From Fidelibacterota bacterium (GTDB lineage: Bacteria > Fidelibacterota > UBA8477 > JABMPR01): a stretch of 64,000 nt of DNA. Below the pieces are notes generated by a model. It searched no databases. It saw only the letters and a list, made by a program, of their open reading frames with translations, and was not told the DNA's origin. The translations under genes and the position numbers were made by a program. Positions within the stretch are counted from its first letter, which is position 1, and every line of letters begins with the position of its first letter. The stretch covers positions 16,087 to 80,086 of the forward strand of contig JAERTH010000031.1 of NCBI GenBank assembly GCA_016844955.1, in the 5' to 3' direction. Below, one piece after another: positions 58,797 through 64,000 of this stretch.

Positions 58797-59877
58797 TTAC
58801 TCTGGAAATGGAAAGTTTTAAAACCACACAACCCGCTTGCTCGGCATGTTGGAGTTCATAGTTGCCGGAGAAACGATTTTCCAGTCGTTCCTTGACATTT
58901 TTCAGACCAGTTCCAGTACCTGCTGGACGTGATCGTTCACTGTCATCGGTCTCAGACAGCCATTTGCCACTGTTGCGAACCAGAATGCTTAATTTATTCC
59001 CTTGAATCTTGGCCTGAATGCTGATCGTCAGGGGCATCTCTGAGGTCTTCATGCCATATTTAACTGCATTCTCGACCAGCGGATGTACAAGAAAACTGGG
59101 GATGGGATATTCTTCCGCCAGTGGGTCTATATCAAAAGTTACTTGAAGATTTTCCTCAAAGCGTTTCTTCTCAATTGCAAAGTAATGTTTAATGGCGGTG
59201 ATTTCCTCGCTCAGGGGTACATCACCATTATTTTTACTCACCAATGAATAGCGTAAAAGCTCCGCCAGTTCAGAAACCATTTCACGAGCGTTGTGTTGGT
59301 CTTCAAGGATGAGAGCCCTGATAGAATTCAATGAATTAAAAAGGAAGTGCGGGTTGAGCTGATAGCGGAGCATCTGTAATTGGGCACTGTGGGCCAGTAA
59401 CTCAGCTTTCTCGGTACGCAGTACTTGCTCATTCCATTGCCGCCAGAAATTGATCAAAAAGTAGAGCGCAGACCAGGTAAACAGAATAAAGGAATTCCAA
59501 TAAATCTGGCCAACATTACCCCGCCAGGTGATCTTGTCCATGGCCTCCTGGAATTTTGCCACTCCATAGATTGGGTAGGAAATAAATCGATCCACATAAA
59601 GCCAAATCACTGCAAAGGATATTGAGCACAATATCACGACTGTTGAAACATTTAGGATGGATCTATGCTGATAATCTAGCTTCTGATAAATCCAGCGCAT
59701 GATAATGGTGACGAGAAATGCCACCATGTAGGTCACAGCAAAGCCAAAGGTGTTGGCAGCATCCAGATCCTTGTGTGATAAATATATCAGGTAGTAAATG
59801 ACCCCATACAGGAGCCAGCCGGAAATCTGTAGAACCCAGAACAGGGATATTTTGCCAGGATTATTTGGAGTGATCAT
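58777..59877 (-). CDS. LytS/YehU-type sensor histidine kinase
   Basis: Polytopic N-terminus. His_kinase internal region NPHFLFNSLNSIRALI. HATPase_c region (GTGTGLKNVKERL). Confidence 0.8.
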   Translation of the reverse strand: MITPNNPGKISLFWVLQISGWLLYGVIYYLIYLSHKDLDAANTFGFAVTYMVAFLVTIIMRWIYQKLDYQHRSILNVSTVVILCSISFAVIWLYVDRFISYPIYGVAKFQEAMDKITWRGNVGQIYWNSFILFTWSALYFLINFWRQWNEQVLRTEKAELLAHSAQLQMLRYQLNPHFLFNSLNSIRALILEDQHNAREMVSELAELLRYSLVSKNNGDVPLSEEITAIKHYFAIEKKRFEENLQVTFDIDPLAEEYPIPSFLVHPLVENAVKYGMKTSEMPLTISIQAKIQGNKLSILVRNSGKWLSETDDSERSRPAGTGTGLKNVKERLENRFSGNYELQHAEQAGCVVLKLSISRVIEGNHE

Positions 59878-60084
59878 GATTGTCTGTCTGCGTGTATTCG
59901 ATTAGTCCATTCATTGCGTGATCCACAATTTCGACGATTACACTGTTTCCTACCAGCACTATTTTGAATCAATTTCAACTCCTGTGTCCCTTTGAGGACA
60001 TCATTACTTTCAGAGGCCAATCTAATTCAACAAAAGCTTGGAGAATTTTGAATTAGCCCAGCGGTGCATAAATCCGGCAAACGG

Positions 60085-61323
60085 TTAGGAAAAAAGGGCT
60101 ATTAGTTGTTTCAGGTTTGCCCAAAAAGGGATGGTATGGAGTTCAGCATTACTCCAGGGGTTTATCAGACCCACCAGCGCAATAACAATCGCCATTACAA
60201 CCAGCATGAAGAAGATGGGTTTCTGGGGCTGTTGTCTGATGATAGAACCAAAATCAAACAGGTAGAAATATGCCAGCGGCAGGAGTGGGAGGAACCAACG
60301 AATACTGTAGCTCCAGCCACCATAGTTTGAGCTAAAGAAGAAATAGTACAACATGACGATAACACTGCCGGTAAAAATAACCAGGGTTTCATTGCGCAAA
60401 GCGTGTCCCGGTCTGAATGCTTTTATCATGGATATAGGCAGTAATAGTAGCAAGGGGTTATACCAGAGGAAACCTTTGGATCCTATCAGGCTCAAAAAGG
60501 CATATTGAATAGTGAATCCCAGTGGGTTGGCTTGTACACCAGATAGTGCACTGGCATTTGACCAGGTTGAGCCTTCAAATTCAAAAAACTCAGGTATAAT
60601 TTGCAGGGGTAGGAAGGTGCCTCCCACAGCGTAATTAATGCTGAAGTGGGGAATCAGGGCCAGCGTCGCTGCGCCTGCAAAAAATAGTATCTGTTTGTTA
60701 AACACCCAGCGTTTGAAAACCAGTAGGCCAAAACCCACTAGAAAAATACCCATGGGTATGTCCATGGCTGTAGCCACCCCAAAAAATAACCCACTCAAGA
60801 GTTGGGTTTTTCCAGATTCATCAGTTTTTGATTGTAAATAAAACATGAGTGCAATCATCAGGCTTGATGCTGCCAGACTATGATTGCTAAACGTGGCTGA
60901 CCATGAAAATGTGATGGATGCAAAAGCAAAAATGAGAGTGACAATAAAGTGGTATGTTGGTTCAAGAGGCGTGTATTTCAAGGCACCTTTAAAAGCCAGC
61001 ACACTTAAAACCCAGAATAGTTTAACCGTCAACAGGATAATCAAGTAATAAGCTAGGTTCCACCCGTAATCCAATTTCAACCCGAATTGATGCAAAGGCC
61101 AATATACGATAGCCCCCAGTAGCGAGGGTGTTGATGGCTTATCAGAATAGAAATGACCATCGATATAAACTTTATCACCAGTTGACGAGAACGGACTGGA
61201 ATCGATGATCAGACTATGGCTCTCCACCAGAGACTGGGTCAAGGCCATGCGGCTGGCTTCATTCCAGCCGTTGATGCGTGGATTGACTGTGACCAGGCTT
61301 ACCAGAATGAGAATTAGTACCAA
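60085..61323 (-). CDS. GT-C-fold glycosyltransferase (ArnT/PMT-like, undecaprenyl/dolichyl-phosphate-sugar dependent)
   Basis: About 11 TMS. N-terminal loop with NEASR and DGHFYSDKPS, comparable to the DE...(Y)xDKPP motif of ArnT/PMT. Confidence 0.55.
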   Translation of the reverse strand: MVLILILVSLVTVNPRINGWNEASRMALTQSLVESHSLIIDSSPFSSTGDKVYIDGHFYSDKPSTPSLLGAIVYWPLHQFGLKLDYGWNLAYYLIILLTVKLFWVLSVLAFKGALKYTPLEPTYHFIVTLIFAFASITFSWSATFSNHSLAASSLMIALMFYLQSKTDESGKTQLLSGLFFGVATAMDIPMGIFLVGFGLLVFKRWVFNKQILFFAGAATLALIPHFSINYAVGGTFLPLQIIPEFFEFEGSTWSNASALSGVQANPLGFTIQYAFLSLIGSKGFLWYNPLLLLLPISMIKAFRPGHALRNETLVIFTGSVIVMLYYFFFSSNYGGWSYSIRWFLPLLPLAYFYLFDFGSIIRQQPQKPIFFMLVVMAIVIALVGLINPWSNAELHTIPFWANLKQLIALFS

Positions 61324-61675
61324 ATGCCGAGAGATAGGTCTTCACCTCCACCAAAGATTCTCTAATTAATGCTACTCAACCTATAACCCGACATACTCAA
61401 TCCCTAGATTTTTTCAACGATACACTCACTTGCTATCACCTACATCAGGAGCGTTTTGTTAATCTGACTCTGAAGGATGCACAGGGCGTGGAAATTTACA
61501 GGCTTGTAAATGAGTCTCTGGCCGATGTGGCTATCTGATACAATTTATTGTTCCTGAAACTGACACAATTCTAGCCGGGGGCATCTATTTTTGTAGATTG
61601 TCAACCGATGAGTTTATCACTATTCAGAAAATGGTCTACATCAAGTAATTAGCGCTATAAAAGCTCGGGGGAGCA

Positions 61676-62188
61676 ATGACTCAATTGGAGAAACTCTTTA
61701 AATATTTTTTATGGTTAGCCGGAGCTGTAGTGGCGTTGTTGCTCTGTTTTTCATTATGGTATGTTATCAAGTTCTACCCCAGAGCTGCTGACCCGTTTGA
61801 AGTGAATAGTCCTACATTGGAGAAAAAGCTCTTGATTGCAACTCAATCAAGCGAATTCAAGGATAGGCTGGTGGGCTCCCTTGTAGCAGAATATGCACAT
61901 CAGAATGTCTATATCAAGGTCATTGATGTATCCCAGATTGGACAGACCACCGCAGTGAAGTGGTGGGGAATTGTCATCATCAATTCATCGCTTATGGATA
62001 AAATCAATGCGCATGTTCAAACCTCCCTAAATAGCCTCAAAAGAGCTGAAAATATCGTGGTGGTGACCACTTCAGGTGGAGGTGATTTTGTTCCTACGGG
62101 TTTGAAAGTTGATGGGATCACCACTGCTTCAAAATTATCTGCTGTGGATGACATTTTACGCCAGATTCGAAATTTGCTCCGGGAGTAG
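61676..62188 (+). CDS. hypothetical membrane-anchored protein
   Basis: Single N-terminal TM helix. No recognisable motif. Confidence 0.4.
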   Translation: MTQLEKLFKYFLWLAGAVVALLLCFSLWYVIKFYPRAADPFEVNSPTLEKKLLIATQSSEFKDRLVGSLVAEYAHQNVYIKVIDVSQIGQTTAVKWWGIVIINSSLMDKINAHVQTSLNSLKRAENIVVVTTSGGGDFVPTGLKVDGITTASKLSAVDDILRQIRNLLRE

Positions 62189-62239
62189 GCGTTGGATTTT
62201 ATCTTTTGATGCCATCCCAAACTGGCTAGACTGCCCGGC

Positions 62240-62953
62240 ATGAATCTAATTCTGCTAAATGATAATGATTTTATCGCCGAATACCGGGTCCGCCTCACTG
62301 GACGCAGGTTGGAGCATATCCGCACTGTTCTGCGCGCCGATGTAGACACACAGCTCCGTGTCGGATTGCTCAACGGCAAGCTTGGCAACGGATTGGTCGA
62401 GCAAATTGACTCCGAATTTATTGAGTTGACCGTGTCACTAACGGAGGCACCTCCAGAAAAACTTCCTGTGACCCTGCTGCTGGCTCTACCCCGCCCCAAA
62501 GCACTAAAACGGGTATTGCAAAGCGTTACATCATTGGGTGTAAAGCAGATTTACCTGATCAACAGTTACCGGGTGGAAAAAAGCTTCTGGGCCAGCCCCA
62601 CCCTGAAACCTGAAAATCTGCATGAACAGCTCCTGTTGGGGCTGGAGCAGGCCAGAGATACAATCCTGCCCGAAGTCCATATCAGAAAGCTGTTTAAACC
62701 TTTTGTAGAAGATGAATTGCCGGGAATTTGTGAGGGGAGCAAAGCCCTGGTTGCCCACCCTTCCAGCAAACTGAATTCAGAACTAGAACCCAACCATCCT
62801 ACCACGCTTGCCATCGGTCCAGAGGGGGGATTTATCCCCTATGAGATTGAAAAATTGGAGGCGTCAGGTTTTACAACTTTTAGCCTGGGTGAACGGATTC
62901 TCAGAGTGGAAACTGCAGTCTCAGTGTTACTCTCCCAATTCTTGCCACTATAA
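62240..62953 (+). CDS. rsmE: 16S rRNA (uracil1498-N3)-methyltransferase RsmE
   Basis: PUA-like N-terminus and SPOUT knot region (LLALPRPKALKRVLQSVTSLGVKQIYLI..., IGPEGGFIPYEI). Confidence 0.8.
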   Translation: MNLILLNDNDFIAEYRVRLTGRRLEHIRTVLRADVDTQLRVGLLNGKLGNGLVEQIDSEFIELTVSLTEAPPEKLPVTLLLALPRPKALKRVLQSVTSLGVKQIYLINSYRVEKSFWASPTLKPENLHEQLLLGLEQARDTILPEVHIRKLFKPFVEDELPGICEGSKALVAHPSSKLNSELEPNHPTTLAIGPEGGFIPYEIEKLEASGFTTFSLGERILRVETAVSVLLSQFLPL

Positions 62954-62984
62954 GCCTCACTAGTATCCTGGGTGATTAATGGGC

Positions 62985-64000
62985 TCAGTTCGTAACCATT
63001 GAATCATTTTGATTATTTTTGGCTTGAGCAGAGAGAATTTGAAGCCGGATTAACTTTAATAAATGATAGCTGACCTCTTCATTGAGGGTCTCAAACACGG
63101 GACGCAGGGCTAGCATACCATGGTCATTAAAAGCTTTCCGAACATTCACCAATATTTGGGGTGGCAAACTCAAAATTTCATCAAACTCGTCACCGAAACG
63201 CAGTACATGACCCTCAGAACTGAAGTTGTACAAATGGTTTAAGAGGGTGTTCACCTTGATTTTGAACTCATTGGTGAGATCCTCAAAGGAAGCCCCATCA
63301 TTGTATTTTTCGCTCACGACCTGATGCCGTGGTTTCCCAATGCGTTTAGGGGGCTTGACAGAATTGTCATCTATGAGATGTTTAGGCTTCTCATCCACTC
63401 CGTTTTTCTCTGCATATTCAGTGATCAGCTGTATAAATGGGGGACCATATTTTGCACACCGCACAGAACCAACGCCGTATAAATCTAACAAGCCACCTTC
63501 AGCTTGGGGAAAATGAATGGACATTTCAATTAATGTTTTGTCCGGGAAAATCACATAGGGCGGGACATTTAAATCATCTGCCATGCTTTTACGCAGTTCT
63601 CGCAGGCTTTCGAAAAGTGTCGAATCATAATTCTGCTCAACTTTTGCCCGGGTTGACTTCTTCTGTGGTGCAGCCATTTTTGCAGACACGGTTTGTTCAC
63701 CCCTCAATACATCCCAGGCTTTGGCGGATAATTTCAGGCTACCATGGGTCATATCCTGAATTAGTAGCCCCTGTTGCAGAAGTTGTCTGGATAGATAAAA
63801 CCACTCCTGCTTCGATAAATCCATTCCAATACCATAGGTGGAAAGCTTGTCATGGGCGAATTTCAGGACCTTCTTGGATTTTGAACCACGCAAAATATCA
63901 ATGATATGTCCCGCGCCAAAAATCTCTGAGGAGTGTTTAACACAGGATAGAAATTGCTGGGTGGGAATGGTTACATCAATTGCCGCAACGTGTTCGGTCA
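62985..64000 (-). CDS. recQ: ATP-dependent DNA helicase RecQ, C-terminal part (RQC winged helix + HRDC); 5' end lies outside the window
   Basis: The reading frame stays open to the window edge (…GHIIDILRGSKSKKVLKFAHDKLSTYGIGMD). The HRDC region reads LFESLRELRKSMADDLNVPPYVIFPDKTLIEM. The annotated TTG at 63893 is not the true start. Confidence 0.75.
   Translation of the reverse strand, partial: TEHVAAIDVTIPTQQFLSCVKHSSEIFGAGHIIDILRGSKSKKVLKFAHDKLSTYGIGMDLSKQEWFYLSRQLLQQGLLIQDMTHGSLKLSAKAWDVLRGEQTVSAKMAAPQKKSTRAKVEQNYDSTLFESLRELRKSMADDLNVPPYVIFPDKTLIEMSIHFPQAEGGLLDLYGVGSVRCAKYGPPFIQLITEYAEKNGVDEKPKHLIDDNSVKPPKRIGKPRHQVVSEKYNDGASFEDLTNEFKIKVNTLLNHLYNFSSEGHVLRFGDEFDEILSLPPQILVNVRKAFNDHGMLALRPVFETLNEEVSYHLLKLIRLQILSAQAKNNQNDSMVTN

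Noticed and set aside
62985-63893. Treating 63893 (TTG) as the RecQ-like gene start
   Set aside because: The frame stays open to nt 64000 and the upstream residues (…GHIIDILRGSKSKK…) continue the RecQ RQC domain. The gene is truncated by the window edge.

Overview
This 64 kb window is a gene-dense chromosomal region from a Gram-negative bacterium. Seven proteins end in a type IX secretion (T9SS) 'NPFNP...GVY' C-terminal sorting domain. There is an ExbB-ExbD-ExbD-TonB cluster and a TetR-TolC-MFP-RND efflux operon, so I infer an FCB/Bacteroidota-like lineage, apparently marine or environmental. About 58 CDS are called. These include three S8 subtilases (one carrying a dockerin), two vWA proteins, an Ig-like/FG-GAP adhesin and an SBBP protein, all T9SS cargo or surface proteins. 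They also include a three-gene 2-hydroxyacyl-CoA dehydratase-like cluster, tryptophanase, GH5, an S41 peptidase, LytS/LytTR, MarR, TetR, RsmE and partial acyl-CoA synthetase (5' end) and RecQ (3' end). No rRNA, tRNA, CRISPR, integrase or transposase was found. The most unusual content is: (i) an archaeal-type Glu-tRNA(Gln) amidotransferase pair GatD/GatE in this bacterium; (ii) a composite family of dispersed, hairpin-forming intergenic repeats at six or more loci, including two 300-800 bp repeat-only intergenic blocks; (iii) a T9SS surface protein whose N-terminal half is a perfect 15-aa His/Asp/Gly tandem repeat encoded by a 45-bp DNA repeat; (iv) a spore-photoproduct-lyase-like radical SAM gene paired with a possible ParB/Srx-like gene directly downstream of a repeat block; (v) an SDR gene interrupted by a single in-frame TAG. 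Product calls come from motif reading of the provided translations. No database search could be run.
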